Shown: in pieces, positions 28,615-38,600 of the stretch
Numbering within the stretch: position 1 is the stretch's first letter
Layout of the letters: each line of letters starts with the position of its first letter
Assembly (NCBI GenBank): GCA_039680575.1
Contig: JBDKSP010000021.1
Location: forward strand, 13,239 to 77,238
Origin: Armatimonadota bacterium
GTDB lineage: Bacteria > Armatimonadota > UBA5829 > DTLH01
Direction: 5' to 3'
Length of the DNA: 64,000 nt
The notes under the pieces: generated by a model
Told to the model about the DNA's origin: nothing
The model's input: only the letters and a program-made list of their open reading frames with translations
Databases searched by the model: none
Program-made: the position numbers and the translations under genes

Positions 28615-29664
28615 ATGAAAGTAGATAGGTTTACTGAAAATCCAATCGTCACGCCTGCTGATGTTAAGCCATCGCGTGATGATTTTGAAGTTATATGTAC
28701 ATTCAATGCCGGTGTGATCCGCCATGGCGGCGAGATACTTTTGCTTATGAGAGTCGCGGAACGCCCTGCAAACCACGACTCTCGCATTGTGTCCGTCCCA
28801 TTTATGAATTTCGATGGGCTGAACCCTGCTTTGGAGATAGCGGAGCTGTCGCTTGAGGACCCGGAGTTCGATTTCAGCGATAGCAGGGTTGTGACCGGCA
28901 AAGGTAAGGTGTATCTCACGTCCATATCGCACCTCCGGCTTGCAAGAAGCCGGGATGGACGCCATTTCACCGTGGAAGAGCATCCGGCGCTTTGTCCTGA
29001 TAAGGCCGCAGAGGCTTACGGGCTCGAAGACCCGCGTATCACAAAGATCGACGATACTTATTACATAGTTTATAAGAGTGTTGCGCCCAACGGCATTACT
29101 CAGAGCCTGGCAACTACTAAAGATTTCGTGACATACGAAAAACGAGGGCTGATCTTCCCTCCGGAGAACATGGACGCGATGATCTTCCCGGAGAAAATCA
29201 ATGGCAGGTATGCAGCGATCCATCGACCGGTCCCCCGTATGATCGGCGAGCCGAATATGTGGGTCTCTTACTCGCACGATCTCATACATTGGGGCGATCA
29301 TAAGTTCATGGCAGGTGTGATGCCCGGAGGATGGGAAGGCGGCCGGATAGGCGGTGGCGCAATTCCGTTCATGACCGAGCGCGGCTGGCTGGAGATATAC
29401 CACGGCGCGACAGCGTGCCATCGCTACTGTCTCGGCGCGATGCTTATGGAAGCCGACAGGCCGGAGCGTGTTATCGCACGGACCATGCAACCCATTATGG
29501 AGCCGGAGGCGGATTACGAGGTAAAAGGCTTCGTTCCGAACGTTGTTTTTACCTGCGGTGCGCTCGTGGACGGCGACCGCGTCACCATTTATTACGGCGG
29601 TGCGGATACCGTGATAGCCGGAGCTGAAATGTCCGTCAGAGACATACTACGCGAGCTGGAATAG
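28615..29664 (+). CDS. glycoside hydrolase family 130 protein (beta-mannoside phosphorylase/hydrolase-like)
   Basis: Conserved blocks FNAGVIRHGGEILLLMRV and EDPRITKIDDTYYIVY. Five-bladed beta-propeller length (350 aa). GGAGAGG RBS. Confidence 0.7.
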   Translation: MKVDRFTENPIVTPADVKPSRDDFEVICTFNAGVIRHGGEILLLMRVAERPANHDSRIVSVPFMNFDGLNPALEIAELSLEDPEFDFSDSRVVTGKGKVYLTSISHLRLARSRDGRHFTVEEHPALCPDKAAEAYGLEDPRITKIDDTYYIVYKSVAPNGITQSLATTKDFVTYEKRGLIFPPENMDAMIFPEKINGRYAAIHRPVPRMIGEPNMWVSYSHDLIHWGDHKFMAGVMPGGWEGGRIGGGAIPFMTERGWLEIYHGATACHRYCLGAMLMEADRPERVIARTMQPIMEPEADYEVKGFVPNVVFTCGALVDGDRVTIYYGGADTVIAGAEMSVRDILRELE

Positions 29665-29749
29665 AAGATTAAGTAACATCCTGCGCTCGAAACAGAAACT
29701 AATAAGAGCCTGAGGGTAAGTGTCTTTCATCCTCAGGCTCTTATATTTA

Positions 29750-32008
29750 TTAATTGATCTTGACCTGGAATGTCACAGTTCCTTTCGCGCCTGCGGCCAG
29801 AGAGGATATAGTCCAGGACACCTTTCTTGTGGTGGAGTTATATGTCCCGCCTGATGAAGCGCTCACAAAGGTGGTGTCAGCCGGAACAGGAGCGGAAACT
29901 ATGACATTCGATGCAGGACCTGCGCCGGAATTTGTGTAGGTTAAGGTGTAAGTGATAATGTCGCCGGGAGCCGCCTTGCTCTTGTCCGATGAGAGCAAAA
30001 CCGATATTTTCGGCTCTGGAATAGTAGACCCGGAAGGCTTGATCTTTATTCCGACATCGACAGGCAGGTTCGATACGCTTACAGTAGCCACTCCATCGCT
30101 TCCGACAGTGATGTTGCTCTTCGATGTAACCTGTGAACTCAGGTTGGGATCGGTCGTGCTCCATGTCTCGACAGTATAGCTGCCTGGGGTCATTCCCATT
30201 ACCTTAATGGTCGCTGACTGGTTGGCAGGAGTCGGTATTTTCGATGAGTCTGCGTAACGGTCGGATGTCTGACCGTAATAGTATATGCGGTACCATGTAT
30301 CTGTCAGGTTCTTTACGTATAGGTAAGCCTTCGTCGCTCCATGCAGTGCGACGGCCATGACTTTGCCGTTCGAGCAGGTCACTTTTGGAGACGTGTTGAC
30401 TGGGTCTGAAACAGAATACGTCGTTTCTTGGGTAAGTCCCGCGAAATTCTCGCCTTTCACGAAGTTGACGAGTGGCCCGTAGACCCAGTACTTCTCACCA
30501 CCACCGTATTTACCGTTTATGTAGTCCAGTTTCCAGTGGGTCATGCTCATACCGGAGAGCATTCCAGCCCAGATGCAGTCTTTTACGTGCCTCGCTGATG
30601 TATCTATCGTATACGCCGAGGTCCAATCGGGAAAACTGCTGTCACCCGGTCTTCTGTAAATCAGTCCGAACTCAGTCCATGAGAGCGGCTTATTCCATCC
30701 GTAACGTTTGAACTGGATGCGGGCGAGCCTATCAGCCCAGACTGCCGTGTCCTCCCACGGGAACTCCAGTGTGGAACCAAGCGTTTCCAGGTTGTATGAG
30801 CTTTTCAAAGTCCATCCGCCGGTATACTTGGCATAATCGTGATAGTTCACATAGTCCATCGAGGCATCGGTCCAGGGAATGCCGCCGCCTGTTCTAAGCT
30901 CACCGCTGCCGTTGCTGGAAGATGCGAGGTGCGGCTGTTCGGTAAACGAGTGGATATAGTTACCCATATCGATATGCCAGGCAGGAGAATAGGATGTCGA
31001 TCCGCCCAACTCGTTCACGAACTCAAGGCAGGCAAGATTGGTGGAATAGCCCCATCGAGCCATCCAATAACGGATCTTTCGTTTATAAATCTCCCTTGCA
31101 GTGGTGGATGAGAAGAACCCGTTAACATCCGAACACGGAGCTTCTCTGCCGCTTACGCTGATATACTGATTGCTGGTGTCCTTAAGGTATGTCCAGTCAT
31201 CGAGAAGGAACTCAATGTAAATGCCGTTGGCGCGGGCGGTATCCATAATATCGTCGATTTTCGCTGCACGGGAAAGGTCATAGTTATTGAGCGACTTGGG
31301 GCTAGTCTTGTCCGATCCCACGCAATATGGCTCGATGTTAAGGGATGTAAAGAAAATCCTCGTATAGTTAGCCCCATAAGCCTTCATTTTGGGAAATGCC
31401 ACTCCCCAGGCTGTTCCTGTCCCTCCACTGTAGCCGGATATGTCGCAGCCTATAGGATGAAACGGCGTGCTGTTAGAAAAATCGAAAAACCTCTTGTCGT
31501 TTTGGTTCAGCCGGACGAATCCTGGGTTCGTGGTCTGGCTGGTCACCTGGAATGTACGCTCTGAAGATGCAGCTGTACCACTGGAATCCTTTGCGGTTAT
31601 CTTGACCTTCCAGGTGCCTGCCATTGCAGGGGCAAAACGGAGCTTCCACACTCCGGTGTCATACCAGAACGCAGGATGGGTGATGGTGCTGCCGTCAGGC
31701 GCGGTAAAAACGCCATCGACCAGTATACCGCGCTTGTTATAGTACTGAGAACCTAACGCGGTGGTATTCGGGTTGAACGGATTGTAGTCAGTGAACGCGG
31801 TCCCTACGCCTGTGATGCTGAAGGTCAGTTCGTATTTTTCATACTCGGGAACGATGCCGTTCGTATAACTCGATGTGTTATCGGACAGGCTGCCGATTGT
31901 CGGCGTGGAGAATGCCGCACTGCATGATAGCGCAAGCATAAGCGTAAATATGATGGTAAATCTATTGCCCAATGTTTCACTCCTTCCAAACTTCCGGAAA
32001 AGTACCAA
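29750..32008 (-). CDS. secreted carbohydrate-active enzyme-like protein (DUF5060/GH5-like core) with a C-terminal DUF11 repeat domain
   Basis: Signal peptide. N-terminal Ig-like block (WKLRFAPAMAGTWKVKITAKD). Central (beta/alpha)8-like region. The C-terminal 90 aa match the DUF11 'conserved repeat domain' (PGDIITYTLTYTNSG...TVTFQVKIN). Confidence 0.45.
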   Translation of the reverse strand: MVLFRKFGRSETLGNRFTIIFTLMLALSCSAAFSTPTIGSLSDNTSSYTNGIVPEYEKYELTFSITGVGTAFTDYNPFNPNTTALGSQYYNKRGILVDGVFTAPDGSTITHPAFWYDTGVWKLRFAPAMAGTWKVKITAKDSSGTAASSERTFQVTSQTTNPGFVRLNQNDKRFFDFSNSTPFHPIGCDISGYSGGTGTAWGVAFPKMKAYGANYTRIFFTSLNIEPYCVGSDKTSPKSLNNYDLSRAAKIDDIMDTARANGIYIEFLLDDWTYLKDTSNQYISVSGREAPCSDVNGFFSSTTAREIYKRKIRYWMARWGYSTNLACLEFVNELGGSTSYSPAWHIDMGNYIHSFTEQPHLASSSNGSGELRTGGGIPWTDASMDYVNYHDYAKYTGGWTLKSSYNLETLGSTLEFPWEDTAVWADRLARIQFKRYGWNKPLSWTEFGLIYRRPGDSSFPDWTSAYTIDTSARHVKDCIWAGMLSGMSMTHWKLDYINGKYGGGEKYWVYGPLVNFVKGENFAGLTQETTYSVSDPVNTSPKVTCSNGKVMAVALHGATKAYLYVKNLTDTWYRIYYYGQTSDRYADSSKIPTPANQSATIKVMGMTPGSYTVETWSTTDPNLSSQVTSKSNITVGSDGVATVSVSNLPVDVGIKIKPSGSTIPEPKISVLLSSDKSKAAPGDIITYTLTYTNSGAGPASNVIVSAPVPADTTFVSASSGGTYNSTTRKVSWTISSLAAGAKGTVTFQVKIN

Positions 32009-32539
32009 AAAGGGCGACTAACAGCTTGTATGTTTCCGCTTCTTGTGTGCTGCGGTAGTAGATTCAGCGCATATTGAAAGAATATATTGAATCTGCCGTT
32101 CCCGCAGTAGCTATGATACAATCAGCCGGGGATTTTTCTGGACTTTCAGGCAATGATGAGCGGTATAAGCTGCCAGTGGCCTATACATCACCTGAAAGTC
32201 TATGATCAATCGCTGGAGAAAGGCAGTGATGGAACATGGGCGATATCCTGCTCAATACCCAACCTCAGCGCTCAGTTTGTTTTGACGTGCTAAATTGTCA
32301 AATAGTTCCCGATATATCGTCTGAATAGTCAATATAATACCTTAAGCTGTGTCGGTAAAAATGAAAAATGTATCCCAGCCTGGTATATTAGCCTGACGAG
32401 CAGTCATCTGATTTACTTTACCCAGCCATAATCCATATGAACCACCCATTCCTTGCCTTCGCACTTGGCAATCGAGCTTTCGGGTGTTATTATTGGTTGT
32501 CTTTGCTATGTCAGGCAAGATTATACAGGAGGCGATAAA

Positions 32540-33655
32540 GTGTACGATCCAAGAATGAAAAAACTTGCCGATGTTCTCATTGGTCATTCTACAAAAGTAA
32601 AACCCGGCGAGAGGGTTCTTATAGATTCCGCGGAAGTCCCTGCGGAGATGATAACTCTGCTTATGGAAAGAGTTGTCGAGGCAGGCGGGATACCTTTCGT
32701 AGAGCTAAGCCACCCGAAAATCAGCCGTTGCCTGTATCTGAATGGTACTGCGGAACAGATGGATGTACTTGGCAAAAAAGACCTTGAGTTCATGAAGGAA
32801 ATGCAGTGCTACATAGCGCTTAGGGGCTCCAGCAATATCACTGAGATGTCCGATGTACCGGATGAAAAATTGAAACTTGCTGATAAACACTGGCGAAAGG
32901 CTGTGCTTGACTACAGGGTCAACCATACAAAGTGGGTCGTGCTCCGCTGGCCGACTCCTTCCATGGCACAGCAGGCTGGAATGAGCACGGAGAGCTTCGA
33001 GGATTTCTATTTCGATGTCTGTACGCTCGATTACGACAGGATGGCAAAAGCGGAAGAGCCGTTAAAAGAACGGATGGAGAAGGCCGACAGGGTCCGGATT
33101 ATCGGCTCGCAGGATACAAATCTCGAATTCTCGATAAAGGGAATTCCTGCAGTCCCGTGCGTCGGCGACAGAAACATCCCGGATGGCGAGTTGTACACTG
33201 CGCCGGTGAAAGACAGTGTAAATGGTGTAATCCACTACAATGCGCCGACCATAAGCCACGGAAAGCCTTTCGATAGTATCCGGCTGGTCTTCAAAAACGG
33301 AAAAATCGTAGAAGCCACAAGCACGGATACGAAATCGTTGAATGAGATCCTGGACTCTGATGAAGGAGCACGGTACGTAGGTGAATTCGCGCTCGGTTTC
33401 AACCCGCATATCAAGAGGCCGATGAGGGATATTCTCTTCGATGAGAAGATCGCCGGTTCGCTCCATTTTACCCCCGGACAGGCATACGGATCAGCCGATA
33501 ATGGCAACAGGTCGAAGATCCATTGGGATATGGTGCTCATCCAGAGCGAGGAATTCGGCGGCGGAGAGGTTTATTTCGACGACGAACTGATCCGAAAGGA
33601 TGGACGGTTCGTGCCGGACTATCTGCAGGGACTCAACCCGGAGAACCTTGTGTAA
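32540..33655 (+). CDS. aminopeptidase, M29 (AmpS/PepS) family
   Basis: N-terminus MKKLADVLIGHSTKVKPGERVLI and metal-ligand blocks characteristic of thermophilic metalloprotease M29. GGAGG RBS 7 nt before the GTG at 32540. Confidence 0.7.
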   Translation: MYDPRMKKLADVLIGHSTKVKPGERVLIDSAEVPAEMITLLMERVVEAGGIPFVELSHPKISRCLYLNGTAEQMDVLGKKDLEFMKEMQCYIALRGSSNITEMSDVPDEKLKLADKHWRKAVLDYRVNHTKWVVLRWPTPSMAQQAGMSTESFEDFYFDVCTLDYDRMAKAEEPLKERMEKADRVRIIGSQDTNLEFSIKGIPAVPCVGDRNIPDGELYTAPVKDSVNGVIHYNAPTISHGKPFDSIRLVFKNGKIVEATSTDTKSLNEILDSDEGARYVGEFALGFNPHIKRPMRDILFDEKIAGSLHFTPGQAYGSADNGNRSKIHWDMVLIQSEEFGGGEVYFDDELIRKDGRFVPDYLQGLNPENLV

Positions 33656-33721
33656 AGTGACTTGTAAATATCAACAAGAGGACTTCAGGCCGGGAAAATC
33701 TCCCGGCCCTTTATTTTGCAG

Positions 33722-36004
33722 TCAACTGTTAGGTCCAAGAACCGGAGCTTGGAGGGTGAAAGCTGTACCGACATCCTTTTTGCTCGAGATGGTGAGATTT
33801 GCCCCGATCATTTCCACTGTAGTCGCTACTATTGCGAGGCCGATGCCAAATCCCATCGGTTTGTGTTTTCTGGGATAGTCCAATTGCTGGAATTCATCAA
33901 AAATCGACCACATATCTGAGTTGCGTATTCCCATGCCGGTATCGGCTATGATTACTTCCATTCCTGTGATACCACTGGACAAGATCACATCGATTCCGCC
34001 CTTATCGGTGAATTTAACCGCGTTGGAAAGCAGGTTGGTGATTATAGCGATCAACTTCGCCTCATCGTAAATGCCCTGCTGTGAGTCATTTTCGGATACG
34101 ACGCTGATATTGAGCCCCTTGGCTTCCAGTTGAGGGCCGACGGCAAGAATGCATTTATCTACCATGTTTCTCGGACAGCATATTCTGGGGTTCAGTCCAA
34201 CTACACCGCTCTTAAGCCGGGCTATTTCAAGTATACTGCTGACCATTGAGAGAAGGTCATTGGTGCAGACAAGCATCTTCCTGAGTAACGATGCCTGCTC
34301 CTTATTGACAGTGCCGGTAAGGCCTTCCAGGATCATCTTCGCATAACCCTGGACTGCAGTAAGGGGTGTCCGTACCTCGTGTGTTATGTTGTTCAGGAAC
34401 TGCTGCTGCAATTGATACGCACGCTGCATATCCTCATGCGCCTTCTGGCGCGCCTCATTAACACGGCGTTCTTCGGTAATATCGGATATAACACCATCCA
34501 GGCACATGATTTTACCATCGGGACCGAAAATACCTTGCCCCTTCTCGAAGACCCATCTGATGCTTCCATCGGCATGAATGATCCTGTATGTTATAGAAAA
34601 CGGCTCTCGTTTCGCTATAGCTTGGTATATAGTATCGGTGACCAAAGACCTGTCTTCCGGATGGATGATATTGGTGAATCTGCGGACCCGGTTGACAAAA
34701 TCAGACGGCGGATATCCGGATAGGTCTTGTATCGCATTGTTAAGCAGTTGGATGGCCCAATTCGGATTGAGGTGGCACCTGTAAATGACATCCGGGAGGT
34801 TAGCGACAAGAGTTCGGAACCGTTCTTCGCTCTCTCTAAGCGCTTCTTCAGTGATCTTTCGCTTGGATATATCCCGCGCGATACCTTGAAAACCGATGGT
34901 TGAGCCGTTTGCCCTGATAACCGACCACGCAATTTCCATCCACACGGAAGTCTGGTCTTTTCTGATCATCTTTACTTCTATAAGTCCCTTAGGCAGGTCC
35001 GGGGGTGTATCCAGGAAATATTGTAGAAACATTTCATAGTGTGTGGAATCAGACGGATCGATGAAATTGGTCAGTTCTTTGCCGATGCATTCATCAGGGG
35101 TATAGCCCATTACATGAGTGACCGCTTGAGATATAAAAGAGAATATCCCTCTGGAATCGGTTTCCCAAAGGACATCCAAAGCGTTTTCCGCGAGGAGCCG
35201 GTATTTTTCCTCAGCCAGGGAAAGAGCTTCCGCGGTATTTTTGCGTTCCGTGATGTCGCTGATAACTATACATACAGCCTGAACATGCCCTTTTTTGTTA
35301 AGGATCGAGTGCAGGGAGATGGATGCCCAGAATTCGCTGCTGTCTTTTCTGATGAGTTTTATCTCAGGAATTCGAGTAGATACTCCACTGTTCAATGCGT
35401 TCAGATAAGCATCGCGCGCTTCATTTTCGGCAGGGGAGATCAAAAGATCAAAACGGCAAAGGTCATCGCTGGAATACCCGATCTGCTCAGCGGCATGGCG
35501 GTTCATATATACCACATTGCCCTGCTTGTTGGTGAGTATAAACCCTACCGGCATTTCCTCCGCAAGAGTCTTGTTGAGCTTCATCGCACTTTCCAGGACT
35601 TCTTTGTTGGTCTGTATTGAGTTGACTTCCTTGATATTTACGATCGTGACAGCAGAATCAAGAGGCCAGGGAATTACATTTACCTCGATCTTAATTACTT
35701 GCCCGTCTTTCTTAATGAAATCGCAAGCTACGGTCTCGCTCCGCCAGTTACCGGCTAGCCGATTCCAAATTCGGTTCTTTGCTACGGCTGCACTTTCTCT
35801 CGTCAAAATACGGGTGAGAGGTAATCCCACAATTTCATCTTTTGACTCATAACCCAGTGTTCTGAACGCAGATTCGCTGATATCGATTAGCTTTTCCTTG
35901 TGTAAAATGAGCAGCATATCTGATTCATTTTTCGATATGATCTCATCAAGCAGCCTGCGAAGGTCCGGGTCGGGTTTATAGCCATCGGTCACATTTGTAT
36001 TCAA
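33722..36004 (-). CDS. multi-PAS sensor histidine kinase (orphan; no response regulator adjacent)
   Basis: Four or five PAS/PAC units. HisKA H-box HEVRTPLTAV. HATPase_c N, G1 and G2 boxes (DTGMGIRN..., GFGIGLAIV). Confidence 0.8.
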   Translation of the reverse strand: MNTNVTDGYKPDPDLRRLLDEIISKNESDMLLILHKEKLIDISESAFRTLGYESKDEIVGLPLTRILTRESAAVAKNRIWNRLAGNWRSETVACDFIKKDGQVIKIEVNVIPWPLDSAVTIVNIKEVNSIQTNKEVLESAMKLNKTLAEEMPVGFILTNKQGNVVYMNRHAAEQIGYSSDDLCRFDLLISPAENEARDAYLNALNSGVSTRIPEIKLIRKDSSEFWASISLHSILNKKGHVQAVCIVISDITERKNTAEALSLAEEKYRLLAENALDVLWETDSRGIFSFISQAVTHVMGYTPDECIGKELTNFIDPSDSTHYEMFLQYFLDTPPDLPKGLIEVKMIRKDQTSVWMEIAWSVIRANGSTIGFQGIARDISKRKITEEALRESEERFRTLVANLPDVIYRCHLNPNWAIQLLNNAIQDLSGYPPSDFVNRVRRFTNIIHPEDRSLVTDTIYQAIAKREPFSITYRIIHADGSIRWVFEKGQGIFGPDGKIMCLDGVISDITEERRVNEARQKAHEDMQRAYQLQQQFLNNITHEVRTPLTAVQGYAKMILEGLTGTVNKEQASLLRKMLVCTNDLLSMVSSILEIARLKSGVVGLNPRICCPRNMVDKCILAVGPQLEAKGLNISVVSENDSQQGIYDEAKLIAIITNLLSNAVKFTDKGGIDVILSSGITGMEVIIADTGMGIRNSDMWSIFDEFQQLDYPRKHKPMGFGIGLAIVATTVEMIGANLTISSKKDVGTAFTLQAPVLGPNS

Positions 36005-36361
36005 GTCGTTTCCTCAACCATAAAAATACATATGATTATTATGAACAGTACTAAAGTATATCCTGCATAAAAGGAAGAGGTCAATTTTTCTCTTAATATA
36101 TAGAGCGATTATGACTTCCAATTTGTCTTGTGTCAATTGTCGAGAGGTGGGAATTGCTGGTATAATATCATGCCTGCTCGACGAGATGCTGTTACAAGAC
36201 GGAACAAAGTAGCCGGATATGTAGTCTAGCGTATTGAGTGGACCGCTATCTCTTGTCGCCATCGCTTGTGTATATGTTGGCGACAACTTGTATAAGCGTA
36301 TATTTGTGTTAAACTCTGAACAATAACATAATAAGGTATATAATTAGGAGTAGGTGTTTCG

Positions 36362-37303
36362 ATGAAGATATGTCCAGTATGCGGCGCCAAAAACAACCGG
36401 CACAGTTTAATATGCGGTAATTGCGGAGCATCATTCGAGTCTACCCCGGAGTTGCAACAGGCACCAGGCGAGGAAGTTTCCGATTTCGATGAAACTGTGA
36501 CTCCATATAAACCAGCTGTCGGTGGTCCTGATATGGTCACAGCTTACCGCCCCGCAGTAGGAGGCCCTGCTGGGGTAGATGACGGTACATTACAGGCAGC
36601 CAGACCTCTGGGTGGAGATAATCAGAAAAGCGATGAACCGCTTACAATGGTTGGGCAACCTTTGAACGCACAGTCACAAGTAAGTGGCGGACCACAGACC
36701 GATCCTTATGGAACGATTAATACCCCTCGTAAGCTCAAGTATAGGGAGACTCCTGATCTGGCTCCGGTAAAATCTAACGTACTGGTATCATCTATCGGCT
36801 CGATTATCATGCTCATCATCTTGCTGTCGGGAGGATGGTATTGTTACCAGAGGTTTGTAGTAAAACCCCGCCCGGTGCTTGAAGCTACACGTACCTTTAT
36901 CGATGCGGGGGTCCAGGGTAATTGGCAGGCTATGCAGAGCACGGTGGATCAGAACTCATCTATGCTTCTGGCAAAAGTCTACAAGAATATGACGGTCCGA
37001 AGGATTCCTGCCGGAGTAGATTTCTTCCTTACCAGGGGAGAGGGATTTACAGAAGGCAAGCAATATAAGGTAAAAGTCGTGAACATGACTGAAACGACTG
37101 CAAAGGTGCTGATTAGCCCCGGGCCGGATCCTATTCCAGCATTCGATGCAAATCAGATGCCGGTCAATTTCAAAGATGGCTACTATATAAACTTGACGAA
37201 TGTGAATGGCCAGTGGAAAATAAACCTGATGCAGTTTGTAATTGATCTGGCTTCATGCGGCGATCCATATGATGGTATGGCTAAGTATTTTGTTTCTCGC
37301 TAG
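36362..37303 (+). CDS. zinc-ribbon / Pro-rich / single-TM / extracytoplasmic-domain protein (paralog 1)
   Basis: CPVCGA-x10-CGNCGA zinc ribbon. Low-complexity Pro/Gly linker. TM helix IIMLIILLSGGWYCY. C-terminal region of about 150 aa resembling DUF4878-type periplasmic domains. Confidence 0.55.
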   Translation: MKICPVCGAKNNRHSLICGNCGASFESTPELQQAPGEEVSDFDETVTPYKPAVGGPDMVTAYRPAVGGPAGVDDGTLQAARPLGGDNQKSDEPLTMVGQPLNAQSQVSGGPQTDPYGTINTPRKLKYRETPDLAPVKSNVLVSSIGSIIMLIILLSGGWYCYQRFVVKPRPVLEATRTFIDAGVQGNWQAMQSTVDQNSSMLLAKVYKNMTVRRIPAGVDFFLTRGEGFTEGKQYKVKVVNMTETTAKVLISPGPDPIPAFDANQMPVNFKDGYYINLTNVNGQWKINLMQFVIDLASCGDPYDGMAKYFVSR

Positions 37304-37511
37304 CTCATCGTTCAAAAATCAATATTGAAGCGATTATAATATTGTCGCCGGGGTCAATGATTAGGTCCCGGCGATTTACTGTCTGCCGACATCCTCTTGA
37401 CTAACTGCTACAAAACGGTCATACTTCTTTTGCATGAATAATAACTATGACTGCATCGGGTGTATATGGTCCGGCGCAGCGGAATATGTATATTAAAGGA
37501 GAAAACATGTC

Positions 37512-38534
37512 ATGAAGAAGTGCCCGAAATGCGGCGCAGACAATAAGCCTGACAGTTCGGCTTGTTATAACTGCTTTGCACCACTCACGGATGTACGACC
37601 TGCCGCAACTCCCGGTCCTTTGAATGCTCAACCGCTGACCGGTCCTGAAAAGACTCAACCGATACCGCCTGCGCAGAATCAACAACCAACAGTATCTGTT
37701 CCATTGACTGGTGGTCAGACACCGCGTTCATCCGGACCATTAAACAGGCCGTTGAACGGTCCACTGAATGGTCCATTGACCGGCCAGTCACAGGATGAAA
37801 ACCAGCAGACAGTAGTCGGACAACCGTTGGGAGGGCAACAGCAGAAACCGCCGAGCCCTTATGGACCTCAGCCCGGACCATATGCTCCACCTTCTCAGCA
37901 GCAATATCGCAGGCGTGAAGAGTTCATAAGACCGGAGCCGGTAAAGAGTTCCGGACCGGGCGCGATGATCGCTATTATTCTGCTGGTTCTGGCGATAATA
38001 GGTGGTGGAATCTTCACATATATGAAGTACCACAAACCTGAAGACAATACTCCTATAGGTGTTGTTCGCGCGTTCACAAAAGCAGCTGAATCCGGAAATA
38101 AACAGGAGATGAAGAAATATCTGACAAAGGGATCGGAGGATAGTAAGATGATTAACGGCTTATTTGATCCAGATCGATTGGCAGATAGCAGCAGCAGTCG
38201 CATTGGAAAGAAAACCTTCAAGGAAGGCATAGACTATACCCTGCAAGTTACTTCGAGCGGCAATAACAGAGCCATAGTATCGGAGATAATCCAACAGACT
38301 GGATACAGCAAAATCGAGTCTATACTAATGGAGCAGCCCAATGTATCTGCAAAGCAACGGCAGATGTTTATAGATTTATTCAAAAGATCCTTTCAATCAG
38401 GCATACCGGTTGTAACTGTAGTTGAAGATGGCAAGTGGAAGATTGATGGTCCGCAGACCGAACAAGCCCTACAGGAATTGCTGCAGAAGTTTATGGTGGA
38501 AATGTTCCGAATGATCCCGCAAATGACCAGATAA
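37512..38534 (+). CDS. zinc-ribbon / Pro-Gln-rich / single-TM / extracytoplasmic-domain protein (paralog 2)
   Basis: The same architecture as 36362-37303 (CPKCGA...CYNCFA). GPLNRPLNGPLNGPLTG tandem tripeptide/tetrapeptide repeats. Confidence 0.55.
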   Translation: MKKCPKCGADNKPDSSACYNCFAPLTDVRPAATPGPLNAQPLTGPEKTQPIPPAQNQQPTVSVPLTGGQTPRSSGPLNRPLNGPLNGPLTGQSQDENQQTVVGQPLGGQQQKPPSPYGPQPGPYAPPSQQQYRRREEFIRPEPVKSSGPGAMIAIILLVLAIIGGGIFTYMKYHKPEDNTPIGVVRAFTKAAESGNKQEMKKYLTKGSEDSKMINGLFDPDRLADSSSSRIGKKTFKEGIDYTLQVTSSGNNRAIVSEIIQQTGYSKIESILMEQPNVSAKQRQMFIDLFKRSFQSGIPVVTVVEDGKWKIDGPQTEQALQELLQKFMVEMFRMIPQMTR

Positions 38535-38600
38535 AGCTCTTCGCAATGCAATAATAAATCAAGCCCCCAATTATGGGGGCTTGATTTATATAAGCTAAGC

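Noticed and set aside
28510-29490. A 326-aa ORF antisense to the GH130 gene (plus a nested 138-aa ORF)
   Set aside because: It overlaps a confident GH130 CDS. Its start region lies inside MITE copy E. No motifs were found, so it is a likely spurious antisense frame.
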